Source: Babesia bigemina (taxonomy: Eukaryota). Taken from it: 64,000 nucleotides of DNA. Position 1 is the stretch's first letter, and the number at the start of each line of letters is the position of its first letter. The stretch spans positions 434,001 to 498,000 of the forward strand of contig NC_027216.1 in NCBI RefSeq assembly GCF_000981445.1. Direction: 5' to 3'. The notes under the pieces are model-generated. The model saw only the letters and a list, made by a program, of their open reading frames with translations, did no database searches and was not told the origin of the DNA. Position numbers and translations under genes: made by a program. Of the stretch, positions 33,460 through 46,289 are shown in pieces.

Positions 33460-36400
33460 ATGGAGACGCGCCTAACGAGATGGACTCTCACTGTGATGCT
33501 TCTCGCCTTATCGGGTGTTGTAGGCTGTATGTTGCGTATACGATGAGTGCACCATTCAGATGTCCAAAAGCATGTATTAACGAGTTGTGCAGTGGTGGAA
33601 GATGATACGCCTGTGTCCTTTTTGGAGGGTGCCCTTATAGGTTGGTTATAGTGCTTCCCTTTGGAATGTCTACTTCCTGTCAAATGCTGATTATGTTTGC
33701 AGATAGGATCTTAAAAGGATCGGATTCGAGCATAGACTGTGGAAAGCAGTTTATTCATATAGTTGCTGCCCATGAACGATGCGATGGGCAGACTATCGAC
33801 AGAACCTCAGATCTACTACGAATTTGCACTCACCATAACTGTCAACCACCTTATTTATGCAAAACTGGTGTACGCCAGATAAAAGTAAAATATACTTGTG
33901 AAGGTAGGTGCTGCTTTTCCATTCCTCCGAATTCGTAGTAAAGATGAAATAATGTGACAGATGCCCCCCTTCGTCTTGGAGACGGTCGAAACCGTAAGTT
34001 GTACATGAGAATTGATTATCACATGAGCATGAGCACACATAGTTAATACTTGCATTTGCTATGATGTTGCCTACATGTTGTGCCTTGCCTCTGTTTGACT
34101 ATTGTGGTAACTGGCCACGCAAGGCTCGGACTGGTTTTAGTTATTAAAAAACTTCTCAAAACAGAATACAAAACTTACTCAAGTACGCATTGATTCAAAT
34201 GCTTCGTGTTATATCCATGTGTTGTCATCATCGTAATTCCATTTTTATAAATGTACATCCTTTCCTCACCGCTTGTAGCCAGCCCCCCCAAGTTGAAGAA
34301 ACGCCTACCCATTGCATTCCGGTGCAAGGATGACAAACGCATTCTGGTTACCATGGCCGTCATCGGGTATGTCCAATTTAGCATGAAGAAAAAGAAGCCA
34401 CTCAACGTCGCCAATGAAGTCAGGAAACTCTGTCAGTTCAAAGAGTTCTGCTATTTGATTCTGAAGCCGCAATTCAGAGACGCATTATCCGATGTAGAGG
34501 ACAACATGATTTTCCGATTTTCGTGTATATCAGGTAGGTTGTCATACCAGCCAACATACTGCTGCAGTTACCGACAAGTGCTACGGAATGGACTGTGGCA
34601 AAAATGCACATTGCATTCACAAACGTAGCGAGGTAGAATGCGTATGTGACCAAGGATCCGTTATGGAAAATGGTATTTGCGTTGACAAATTCTTTGAGTC
34701 AGCTGTCGTTGAACGTGATCTTGTGCTACAAGAGTTTGAGTCGGGTCCTTTTGACATAGCTTATGATTCTACCGCTTCATTCGAAGCAGATTACCAATAC
34801 CATGAATCCAATTCAGCACCTGTATCTAACCCTTACGCAAAAAAATATGCGGATGGCAAATCTGCTGCCATCAAATCGGAGGACGATGACGAATCTGGTG
34901 TGGTCAAACCGGATGAAGATACCACAGTCGGCGTAGCTGATGATGACACCACAGTCGTTAAACTGGATGAAGATACCACTGCGGGGCAAGCTGCCGATGA
35001 CGAATCTGGTGTGGTCAAACCGGATGAAGATACCACAGTCGGCGTAGCTGATGATGACACCACAGTCGTTAAACTGGATGAAGATACCACTGCAGGCCAA
35101 GGTGCCGATGACGAATCTGGTGTGGTCAAACCGAATGAAGATACCACAGTCGGCGTAGCTGATGATGACACCACAGTCGTTAAACCGGATGAAGATACCA
35201 CTGCAGGCGTAGCTGATGATGACACCACAGTCGTTAAACCGGATGATGATACTACTGCGGGCCAAGGTGCCGATGACGAATCTGGTGTGGTCAAACCGGA
35301 CGAAGATACCACCGTAGGCCAAGGTGCCGATGACGAATCTGGTGTGGTCAAACCGGATGAAGATACCACTGCAGGCGTAGCTGATGATGACACCACAGTC
35401 GTTAAACCGGATGAAGATACCACCGTAGGCCAAGGTGCCGATGACGAATCTGGTGTGGTCAAACCGGATGAAGATACCACTGCGGGGCAAGCTGCCGATG
35501 ACGAATCTGGTGGTGAATCAGCAGGCCTATTCGGTCAACCCTCTTCTGCTGGAGACATTGATGCCGAGGGTTCTCCTGCAGGTAGTAGTGAAGTAGATCC
35601 GAACTTGCCAAACCCTCAAGACGCGTCGGAAGGTAGGTCTGAAAATAATCCTTTGCCGAATCCACGTAAATCTGGGTCAAACGCACCAGTTGATGGATCC
35701 GCTGGGAGTCGGTCAGCGTGCAATGCAGATGCAGGTACTTCGGACAGCACCACTGATAACACTGATCAAGCCCCAGGGGCACCGCATGGGAGACCCGTTA
35801 ATGGTGATGAACATACAGCTGCAGATGATACGAGCGGTTCATCTGGATCACTCTCCTCACCCTGGTCACGCCACGTAACACCCAGACCTCGGGAACGGCG
35901 GCATGTAGGGATGACCCCTGATGGCACAGGCTTGCCATTTCCGTGGCCTCCTTTTGACTCTGCGTCCTCGGACCCTAGCTCATCGAGTCGTACAAATCAA
36001 CCTCCGCCACCAACAGCAGGTTCTAACCATGATGCACATCGTACAGACGAGAGATCAATGCGGACTTATCCCTCGCATCCATCAAGTGAGCCTGATGAGG
36101 CGCTCCACGCCGATGGAGTAACCGATGGCTCGGGTGCATCGTCCGGCGCCTCCAAGTGGGCCAAAATAATTAGATCCAACCATCTATTATCGGCCATAGT
36201 AAGGCTGAGAACCGGCGTTAAACCTAAAGTTGATGGGGGAGCACAGGGGGATGCCTCACCTGATGAGGAATCGATTCATGTCTCTCCACAACCTCTGATT
36301 GGTCAGGGTGGCCAATCATCCAATGTACCTACAAGTCCAGGTATTTCGGATCCAGGCGCCTTGCCGTTTATTTCCTCGACGGCTATCCCTTCACCCATCA

Positions 36401-36691
36401 CGCACTTCGATGACTCCACGGAAGCCGGCTTACACCCCAGAGGCCATCCATCACTTGGCCCCTGGGATTTTCCGCATGTTGTAAAGGACGCAGTGACGAC
36501 GCGATCCTTCAAGTGCGAAATTCCGGGATCAAGCAGGTACGCGGTCCTTGTATTTGATGCCCAATCGCCGCAGAAACGGTCACTTGTCCAGCCCGCCGAG
36601 CTACAGAGGCTACATTGAGGTGGAAGTGAAAGAAGTGGACGGAAGCAATAACCTCTATCGATACAGATACTGTAGCAGTAGTAACGCGTAA
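33460..36691 (+). CDS. Secreted protein: signal peptide, two SUEL/P113-like lectin-fold domains, EGF domain, acidic repeat stalk and a small C-terminal domain (8-exon hand model)
   Basis: Phase-consistent exons 33460-33526, 33560-33640, 33703-33903, 33961-33993, 34141-34182, 34279-34533, 34568 to ~36536, ~36574-36691. Signal METRLTRWTLTVMLLALSGVVG; EGF CYGMDCGKNAHC...CVCDQGSVMENGIC. Confidence 0.72.
34880..35512 (+). repeat. Alternating 54/57-bp tandem repeats (111-bp dimer) encoding Asp/Thr-rich units
   Basis: DDESGVVKPDEDTTVGVA and DDDTTVVKLDEDTTAGQAA units alternate, with later shuffling of their order. Confidence 0.95.
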
Positions 36692-36830
36692 AATTATAAT
36701 CATTAGTGTTTCTTCCAGTGGAGGACTTTCTTCACCGATGTTTTAAGCGCAGCTGGCTACTGCCATGCAGCTTAAAGCGTGTGGAAACAACGATGACTAT
36801 TATGTTGCCAATCGGAACAGACTGTAGCGA

Positions 36831-38110
36831 TCACATGTATTCCCCAATCTGCGAATTGTGAGAGTGATAATGCGCATCTTACCTCCGCAGGCATCTCTTC
36901 GATCTGTGTGTTGTAGTAGTTCTCAATGTTCTTCATAGCTTCCATGTCCATGGGGGTAAGGAAGTTGATGGCTACACCCTTACGACCAAACCTTCCAGAA
37001 CGTCCAATCCTGTGGATGTAGTTGTCCGGCGACATCGGCAAATCGTAGTTGATAACAAGGGATACCTGCTGCACATCGATACCACGGGCAAGCAGGTCGG
37101 TGGTGATGAGGACACGAGTGGATCCCGATCTGAACTCCCTCATGATGAGGTCACGCTCGTTCTGTCCCATGTCTCCGTGCATGCTGGATACGGTGAAGTC
37201 CCTCTCCTGCATCTTGCTGGTCAGCATATCTACCTTCCTTCGTGTGTTGCAGTAGATGATGGCCTGGGTGATGGTGACAGACTCGTATAGGTCGCAGAGC
37301 GTGTCAAACTTGAACTCCTCCTTGTCGATCATGACGTAGAACTGCTTGATACCCTCCAGGGTGAGTTCGTCCTTCTTGACGAGGATACGCTTGGGTGACC
37401 TCATGAACTTGGTCGTCAGCTCCAGGATCTCGTTGGGCATGGTGGCACTGAAAAGCGCAACCTGTACATCCGGGGGCATTCTCCTGAACACCTCGTGGAT
37501 CTGTCCCTTGAATCCGCGGGAAAGCATCTCGTCGGCCTCATCGAGGATGAACAACTTGATCTTGTGCGTCAGCAGGGCCTTCTTGTCGATCATATCGTAC
37601 ACACGTCCGGGAGTTCCTACAACCATGTGCACACCGGCCTTGAGCTTCATGACATCGTCCCTGACGATGGTACCACCGACGCAAGCGTGGCACTGCACCT
37701 TGAGGTAGTCACCAAGGGCGAGCACGACCTGCACAATTATGGCAGTTCTAGGTCCGCAGACGCACCTTCTGGATCTGCTGGGCAAGCTCCCTGGTGGGGG
37801 CGAGGATCAGAATCTGGCAGGAGAGGAGGCTGTAGTCGATAAGCTGGAGCGCAGCAATACTGAAGGTGGCGGTTTTACCCGTTCCGGACTGGGCTTGTCC
37901 GATGGTATCGTGGTTCTCGATAATGGGTTTGATACCACGCTGCTGGATGGCAGATGGTCTCTCGAAACCGTACGAGTAAATTCCACGGAGCAGGTCTTCG
38001 TTCAACTTGAGGGCCTCGAAGGAATCAACGACCTCATCGTAGTTAGATTCCATAGCATCCACGGCATTAGATTGAGCCGGTTGATTTTCAAAGTTATCGG
38101 ACGGCGCCAT
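36831..38110 (-). CDS. eIF4A: Translation initiation factor eIF4A (DEAD-box helicase), 3 exons
   Basis: [52 protein letters not shown]. Last exon IGEYM*. Confidence 0.96.
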
Positions 38111-38949
38111 TTTCAATAACAAGCTATCTTAACAAAGATACAAACGGTGTAGAGCAACGTTGTTAGCCGGTAGGTCGCGTGGATTCCGCTTGTAATATAT
38201 ACGTGCGAATACCCCGCGATCAAAAACAGGTAGGTGCAAAAAGTAGCGGCAAGAGCGTTTACAGATAGTAAAACGGTACCGATGGGCAACGGCGCCCAAC
38301 TACTCGTGCCCCCACTTAGCTACGGGTAAGATCGTGGCTGAGGTCTGGCGTTTCAGCTGCTGCATAAGAATTTTTATGTTGTCTAAAAATATTTAGAAGT
38401 TGTGTGATTCCGATAGAATGCGTCGGTGGCGTTGCAGAACTACTTCGTAGTCGCCGCTGCACAAGTGGCGCGCATAATCCCCGGCAGCCGTATGTCGTTT
38501 CTTCTGCCATTCCGACAACGGTGTATGACCAAATATTACGAATACTTACATGATCGCAGGGGAATCCCTTCCGCAGCACAGGTGGTGCTGGTCCTTTCCC
38601 CAGACATGGCTGCTACTTCAGCTTTCTGCTACACACGGCGCCGTCACGGCTGGCTTGCGCGTGGAACGTAATGATGATTGGCGGAAAAGGGGTGGTCATT
38701 TCGTTAAATAGCATGCTTATTCCTGGAAGCTACGTGCACGCGTGCCAACGTCACGCGCACATTTTTTGAACTGTCAGCGCAATTAGTTCACGGCCTATCT
38801 TCTTGGCTTTAAACGCCTTTTTGTATTCCTCATAATTAAAAGATCGTGGTCTCACAGATTCGCCTTCAGTGACGCATCTGCACCCTCCACGTTACTCCGG
38901 TGCAGCGTCGTCGCTGCCACTATCACCGTCCTTCACATTATACTAGACA

Positions 38950-40419
38950 ATGTTGGAAGTTGTGGTTTACAAAGATTGCGTTGAGGGCCGCCTGGCCACC
39001 CTTCTTTGGGGCTACGGAAAACTGACCAGTGCTACTCTTTCGTTCGCTCCCTCGAGGACGGTAATTGCGCGCGCCCTGTAACCCTATCGCCTGCAGGGCA
39101 TGGTAGTAAAGGAAGATGGGAAGGAAACGCCGATGATATGGCCGACGCTTCTAGAACTGGCCGTTAAAGACGCACCCACCGAGTCTATTTTAGTGCCGGC
39201 GACTGAGGCGCAAAAGGTGAGCGCGCTGAGGCCTGTATTTAACTTTGCGTGTCAGAGGACGATGTACTCGTGGATCGATTTCGCGTACCAGCGCGATTTC
39301 AGCATCATGGAGTCAGCTTCCCTAAAGGTATGGAGCAACACCCGGCTTCGCCGTGCACAAACTGCTACAGATTTTGAATGACTACATTTTGAACCACACG
39401 TTTCTTGCCGGACCGACTGTCACCTTGGCTGATTTGGTGGTCTACGTTTCCACACACAGCTGGATGATGAAGTCGGAGCCTCAGGACCGTGCGGAATATG
39501 TGAATGTCGTCAGGTGGTTTGATCACATCCAGCATCTGCCCGGCATTGTGAACACCTTCAAGGAACTGCCGTTAGTGTCCGTTGACAAGGACATGGATGT
39601 CGTCACGGCGGTTATGGAAAAGGCCACGGTATCCGCTGCTGCCCCCGCACCTGCCGGTAGGTTTGATCAGACGCGTCGAACAGCCTATCGCAGGCAAACA
39701 AGCCAAGGGTCAGAAGGGCGCCGCATCTAAGAAGCCCAAGGATCCCAAGCCGCCAGCTGACGACCGGCCTATTGCCGATGTGAGCCGTCTGAACATAAAG
39801 GTTGGACAGATCATGTCCGTGGAGCGCCACCCGGAGGCTGATAAGTAGGTTGCCGTTGCGTGGCCGTCATTACCACCGTAGGCTTTACTGCCTCAAAGTA
39901 GATCTTGGTGAGCCCGAGCTGCGCGACATCTGCTCTGGTCTCGTGGGCTACCTGGAGCCGGAGCAGATAATGTCGCAATACGTCTGCGTCTTGTCCAACA
40001 TGAAACCCAAGAGTCTGCGTGGGAAGGTATCCAACGGCATGATTCTGTGCGTTTCTGGTCCGGGCAAGACCGAGCTGGAGCTGCTCCACCCCGCTGAAGG
40101 TGCTCCGGTAGGTGGTTTGTGGCTGTGCGTATTGACTCTCAGGTCGGCGAACGCATCATCATCGAAGACTGCGTTGGCGAACCAGACGCCGTGCTCAGCA
40201 CAAAGACCGGCAAAGACCCATTCGTAGCGGTGCAACCAGTAGGTTACCGGGTTCGCTCACTGACACAATCTCAGGAATTCAACTGCAAAGATACAGTGGC
40301 ATATTACAAGGTACGGTTTATGGCGGTAGAGTTCGCTTCACGCTTATCAGGACCACCGTTTTATGACGTCTTGCGGACCCTGCCGTTGCAACTCGCTGAA
40401 GGCAGGCACAATATCATAA
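38950..40419 (+). CDS. tRNA-binding protein tRip/AIMP1(p43)/Arc1-like: GST-like N-domain plus EMAPII OB domain, multi-exon
   Basis: LNDYILNHTFLAG...TLADL...NVVRWFDHIQH; RLNIKVGQI...HPEADKLY...DLGE...ICSGL...NMKPKSLRGKVSNGMILC. Confidence 0.88.
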
Positions 40420-40447
40420 CTTCGTTGTTGAATGTTTTAAATCCGGC

Positions 40448-41701
40448 TCACCAGTCCATGATCAGGCTATTGGCTGCATTCACCGTCAGCCTCGAACTCC
40501 TCATTGCTAGTGGGAAAAATATGTTAGTCGAGGGCTGATATACGATGTGGTTGATTAACCAGTCCCCCATCGTGGGCGGCTTGGGTTGCTCCTTTTTCTG
40601 GGTTACTGGGCACGGCTGAATGGAACACTCGGGAACTTCATTGCGTAAAAAATCGGTCAACTTGCTGTATCCACCCTTCGTGAAATCCAGGTCTTGATTG
40701 AACCTTTTCTTATAAATAACCGGGAGCTTGCAAACGGAAATTGTGACGTCACCATCCTTGAGTTTAATTGTTTGCCCCCTTCTTGGCCCATTTGTCTGTG
40801 AACCGGGCGATGCGGAATTTGCCTTGGGAGGTTTTTCGCTTAGAATTAAGATGATGTTATTTCGTATCGCCTGTATTTGATCCTCACGACGCACCATTAG
40901 GTTTGATTTGTTTGCACCTATTTGACTGAGCAATTTTTTCGTCGATGTCGTTGAAGAGACGGAAGGAATCACATTTGTGCCATTGTACGACAGTATATTG
41001 GAGTCTAAAGCGACTTGTACGATACGTACAAGTTTCCCCAAGGCCAATTGGCGGAAGCGACTGGGCCCGAACTTCCTGAGATGCTCAGCAAATAGGTACC
41101 TCCCGCCAATTTTCGTGAAGTCGTGGTAGCTATGTAATGTGCCTTGAAGATTGTGATCCCTCATGATCTCTGAAGATTGAGCAGACGCCATGAAAACCAA
41201 GTATCGAAATAAAGCCACTACATCTAGAGGATCCACAGGGTCCATGTCGTGATTTACAAAAGGCCGTCCTGCCAGCATTATGGCCCATTTGTGTTGGATG
41301 TCCGGTTACTTGGCATTCAAAGTATCATCCATCATTATGAAGACTTGGAATCTGCGATATGAATCGTTTTTGCAAATCCGAAGCAGCCAATTGCCATCCA
41401 CGAGAGACGCATTATTGCGCTGAAGTTTGCGACGGATTTCATGCAGAGTAGGGAATATTTCTTCATTGTATAGCTCGCATATGGCATCGTAAACGTTGCT
41501 GAGTACCTTTTCTACTTCCACGTCTATACGCCATTGCAAGGCGTTGTTTGGAGCCTCGGGGCTTTGACAATAGCTGGAGACACATCCTGCAGAAGTCAAG
41601 CCGGAACAGCAGTTGAGCTTGTGGTAGTAACCGCCCGTACTACAGAAATCATCGCCACCGTTCGTGCTCGTAGAGACTTGCGTACATAGCACTCGAGCCA
41701 T
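40448..41701 (-). CDS. OST-HTH/LOTUS and OHA domain RNA-binding protein, with an in-frame TAA at 41306-41308
   Basis: GGRYLFAEHLR...LGKLVRIVQVAL (OHA-like); KLPVIYKKRFNQDLDFTKGGYSKLTDFL (OST-HTH). The upstream ORF is in the same frame. Confidence 0.72.
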
Positions 41702-42761
41702 AAGTACAAACCCTGGTCTATAGAGAAGCGCGATCAACACATTGGGATGAGACAGTGTGGAACTACGAGCTATTATTTTGCACTGCAAAATAGCTAACTT
41801 GTAATGTTACTGCGTATAATATTGGAGATGTTTGTCACCTGAACGTCTTCCCCACGACACGAATAGGTAGACGGCTGCACTTTTCCTCGGTTGGCGCAGA
41901 ATCGCGGATGCATACATCAAATATACGGGCTACGTGGTATAAACTTGCTGGTCATTCAGATGTGTAAATTAATATATACAGAAAGGCATATATATTTATG
42001 ATCCGAGGGTATCGTTGCATAAATACACACTGCAAATCAAGATTCAACCAAGTACCACGATGTGTCTGCATACCCTCACATTAGTGTGTATGTATAAACG
42101 CGGAAGGTCGGGCTACGAGGAGCGTTTGTCAACATGATCGTCGTTGACCTTCTATAGCACGTCCGATCTGTTCTAAATTAACCTCGGGTAATTCCACCCC
42201 AACGGATTCACAGATTAGACACTTAGCTATAATCAGTTGCAGCGACTCAAGGAACGCAGATACGTGGCTTTTAAAACCATAAACATGGGGAGCAGCGGGA
42301 GTGTACGTGATGGCCGTTGTAGGCAGCCCCGCGCGTCAAATATAACAACGGCCGTTGGCCACTTGTGCATATGCGCATGTCTACCTGACGTATAGAACTT
42401 GTAATGTGTGCGTCAGTGCGTTCAGCATCGCTCTCATAAACGCGACGACTCAGTATCAGCGGTGTAGACGTGACGCGTCCTCCGACTTCGCCATTTACCC
42501 CGAATGCGAAGGCTTGATTAGCTGCTGCCATGCGTAATATTAGCTCATACGATACGTCGTGCTGATCGAGGTAACGTCTCTGTCTGCAGGTGCGCGCGTG
42601 TGTTGCCTGTATTGGCATTGCTCGACGGGACTCGGCACCCGCCGTCAAAAGATCCGACCCTTCACTTCGAAATCATGTGCACATTATAATCACCGTAATA
42701 GTGCGGGAAAAGTGTCGTTTAGATGGGCATTATGTACTCATTTTGCGACATTTTAAACGCC

Positions 42762-43953
42762 ATGGCTCGACAGCACTTCGTCATCGGCGTTGCAGCTGTG
42801 GCTGTTTTGTACACGTCAGTGTATGTGTTTCTGTCCTCACTGCGGACTGTGACCGATGAGGGCGACATGCATCAAGGCATACCGCTGCAGCAGCCCAGTT
42901 TCGCGGCGTGCTCGCTGTTCAAACGCCTGGTTTTATTCGGGACTGCGGTGAAGAGGTTCGTCTACAAAAGACCGAATCGCGGTACATCGAGTGGCATCAA
43001 AGCTCAAATAGAGGCGGCTAAGTTGACCGATTGGATCGACACTAGGACGAAGACGATCTACTTCATCCGTCATGGGTAGGCGGTGCTGACGGCAATCTGA
43101 CGTTCGCAGGCAGTCGATGTGGAACCTGACGTTCAACAACCCGTACAACGTCATCGGGCTCCTATTTCGTGTCCTCAGCATGACGTTCGCCGAGCTCAGC
43201 TTTCTTTTTACCAACGACACCTTCTTCTACGACTCGCCGCTCTCCATGAACGGCATTAACCAAGCGCTGGAGCTGTGCAAGGAGCTTTCCGACCCCAACA
43301 ACCACCGTTGCGCGGAAATGCAGGTGCTAACTCGTGCCTCCGGGCAGCGCAGTGCGCTCTTCACGTCGAATCTGCGGTACGTGGTTAGCCACTCACGCGT
43401 CACACCGTTGCAGCCGCGCGCAGTCGACCATCCTGCTGGCGCTGCAGGACCGCCTAAGTCACACCGGTGAACGCGTCTACGTCTGCAACGAGCTCGAGGT
43501 AGGCGCCAACTGGCGGTCGCACACCTGTCGCAGGAGCTGGTCCCTCACCCCGACTGCGTCTCGCTCTCCACCTCGGTGAAGACCGCCGTCATCCCGTTTC
43601 TCGAGGTCATGATGATCCCGGACAAGGCGCGGACGTACTCACAGCACCTGCAGCAGACTGACGGCCCCGTGGTGTCGCATCTTCCCGTGTACGACAAGAT
43701 GCTTATGTTTAACGAACGTGTCTTCAAGCAGCCTGAGGAGGCCATCGTCGTTTGCGGCCACAGCCGCTGGCTGCTCGACTACCTCAACATCTTCCTGCCG
43801 CAGGGCGCAACGGACATGGAGTACTGCAAAACGAAGATCGGTAACACGGACACGCTGCGGTTCGACCTGGTGCGCCGCGAGTTCAAGAACGGCGAGGTCT
43901 ACTACGTGATTGACCCCCACAGCGTCAAGCTAGTGTACAAGAGCGCGACTTAA
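42762..43953 (+). CDS. Histidine phosphatase / phosphoglycerate mutase family protein with an N-terminal membrane anchor, 4 exons
   Basis: IYFIRHG|QS, DSPLSMNGINQA, FTSNLR|RAQST, IVVCGHS. Confidence 0.85.
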
Positions 43954-44128
43954 TTTTGTCTTCTACAGCATGTGCCGTGCTTGCCGATTCGTCCCTCCAC
44001 TTCCAGCAACCAACCACGCTGAGGTCGTGACTTGGCGCCTTACGGTTTTGGCCGACAGCCAGAGCTGCAAATGCTTACAAATCGCGCGCAGTCACCGCCA
44101 CGATTCAGCCGTTAGTGTGTTTACAGAT

Positions 44129-46289
44129 CTAAATTGACCCCTGTTGTGCTATCCCGTGACGAGTGGCGGCTTGGTGCGACTTAAGGCGTAGATCCAGGTC
44201 GGTGTTGCTACGTCGGTCTGCCAGGACGTCAATTGCCCAGCGCGCCAGAGGCGACGTCGAGGTAGATCCGGTGCTGAGCCATGTGACGTGAAGCATGGGT
44301 TACTTACAGCTCGTAAATGTCCAGTACCGCGGCTGCGGCGGCAGCGTTACGCGGCACTGAGGCCGGCTCGGCCTCCAGCTTTGCCAAGATTTTTTTGGCG
44401 AAACGTTCACGCCTATCACGTATGACTTGACTCTCGTGGTGGTGTGTTACCTGGAACAAAAGTCGAGCAACGCGGCCTTCGAGTCTGCGGGGAGGGCCTC
44501 CATTTCAGACATCACACGATGGAACGTATCGTGTAACATATCTGCCCCCACCGCCGAGTCCACATCCAGTCGCCCGCATCGCTACGCCATGTGTGACCCT
44601 AAGATTGAGCAACTCACCATAAGCCGAGCCGCTTCTGTCGCCGTCATCTGCGGGCTCAGGCCCCAAGCGTGCTTGACAAACCGCTCTACGCCCTCCGTGA
44701 CGTCGGGCTGCATGCCATTAATCTGGCACAGCGTACACTAACGTCTAAATCGGCCCTTGCGTGCGCTATGGCCTCGTATAGCCGTAACACATCCGCTGGC
44801 TGGAGCAGCGCCACATTCTCCAGGATGTCCTTGAAGAGCTTCAGCTGTTCGTCGTTGGCGATATCGTGGGGATCTGTGCCATACCTCTGCGACTTCAAAA
44901 GGTCTCGAAGAACCCAAGCATCCGATAAGGAACTGCGTTGCGAGCGATCGGTCCCCTAGGAGCTTATCCGCCGCCTTCATGGCCTCTGCAGCATGTGAGT
45001 ACATACGGCAATCCACAACAAACCAGCTCTGACGTTTGCCACTGACAGTTTTAGCGGTACAGCTGCTGAATGCTGCCCTCGGGCAGCCTCCGCCGCCAGT
45101 GACATGTACCGGCAGAGTTCAACGGTGTTGGCCGTGTGCGCGTTGTCGCGCAATCTGCGTAGCGGTCGCCTCAGTTGAACTGCAGCGTACCTCTCCTGTA
45201 TGAGTTCTATGGCCAAGGGCCTGCGATACTTGAACGTGGCCAACGCACGGAGCAGTGCGATATTGCGTGAGTGGTTACAGTCCGAGCTCTCCTCGAGCCT
45301 GGCGCAGACCTCATCGAAGAGCTTGCCGACGCATAGGCGGTCGACGCGCCCCGCCATGCCGCACACGGCATCGAGCGCGTCGACCACTATGCCTTCATCC
45401 ACGGTGGATATGTCTGACACCTCGACGATCTCCCCTGCCAAGTGTCATGCAGCACGTTTCAGCGCCTACCCAACGCCAGAAGGATGTTATCCACCTCGGG
45501 CGTGTTAGCACGCGCCACCGTGATCATACGGAGGGCGTCTTCCACCGGGATCGAGCGCGCGTCACCGAGGCACAGCGCCTCGGCGTGGCGCGTCACCCGC
45601 TGCTTCGTCCTGCACGCCGTGTAGCCGAAATGGTGGCAGCGTCCGCTTACAGCTCGTGCAGGTACTGCTCATTCTCCATGGCCAGCAGTACGTTGTAGCA
45701 CTCGTGCAGTTTAAACTGGCTGAGTGTCGCGAGGATGCGGCCGGTGAAGGTCGCGACGAACCGGTAGTCGTAGTGGTCGCTCCTGGAGAAGTACAGGAAT
45801 AGCAGCGAGACTATGTAGGGGTCCAGTCCCATGGCCAGGTTGAGCGCCTGTTGCGCCAGGCTGCGCCATATCCCGAAATCGCGAACGTCCTTATCGATGC
45901 AGCGGTATACGACCTGCATGGCAGTGGGAGGGCGCCAGTGGGCGTATGCGCTAACCATGCAGAGCGTATGGCCGTCCATCAGGTGCGTATACAGCGCACC
46001 GCCGCGCTTCTCGATGTGCGCGACGTCGGGGAAGCCCATGAACGTCTGCGGGCTCAGCCCCTTCCGTGGGAGCTTCCACCACTCCTTCTCCGGGTGCAGA
46101 CGGCCGAGGTTGTACGGCTCCACCAGCGGCCTCCGCGTGCGGAAGTCCGGGTGCTGCTTGCTCCATGACTTCCTGGCTGCGCGAATGTCGGACTTCGGCG
46201 TCGCTGCACCCACTTGGCGGATTGTAGAAGCGCTTCGCAACGACGAAGGCACGAGGGCCCAGCGGCCACCGGGCAACCCTGATCTCCAT
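44129..46289 (-). CDS. Multi-exon hypothetical helical-repeat protein, probably mitochondrial
   Basis: MEIRVARWPLGPRAFVVAKRFYNPP (presequence-like), a 37-nt intron, then long helical exons (45647..46276, 44977..45441 and others). 3' end approximate. Confidence 0.65.

Noticed and set aside
38542..38605. atacttacatgatcgcagggga resembling the U1 snRNA 5' end, followed by a hairpin
   Set aside because: Mismatch in the ACTTACCTG splice-site-pairing motif, and no U1-70K loop, U1A loop or Sm site.
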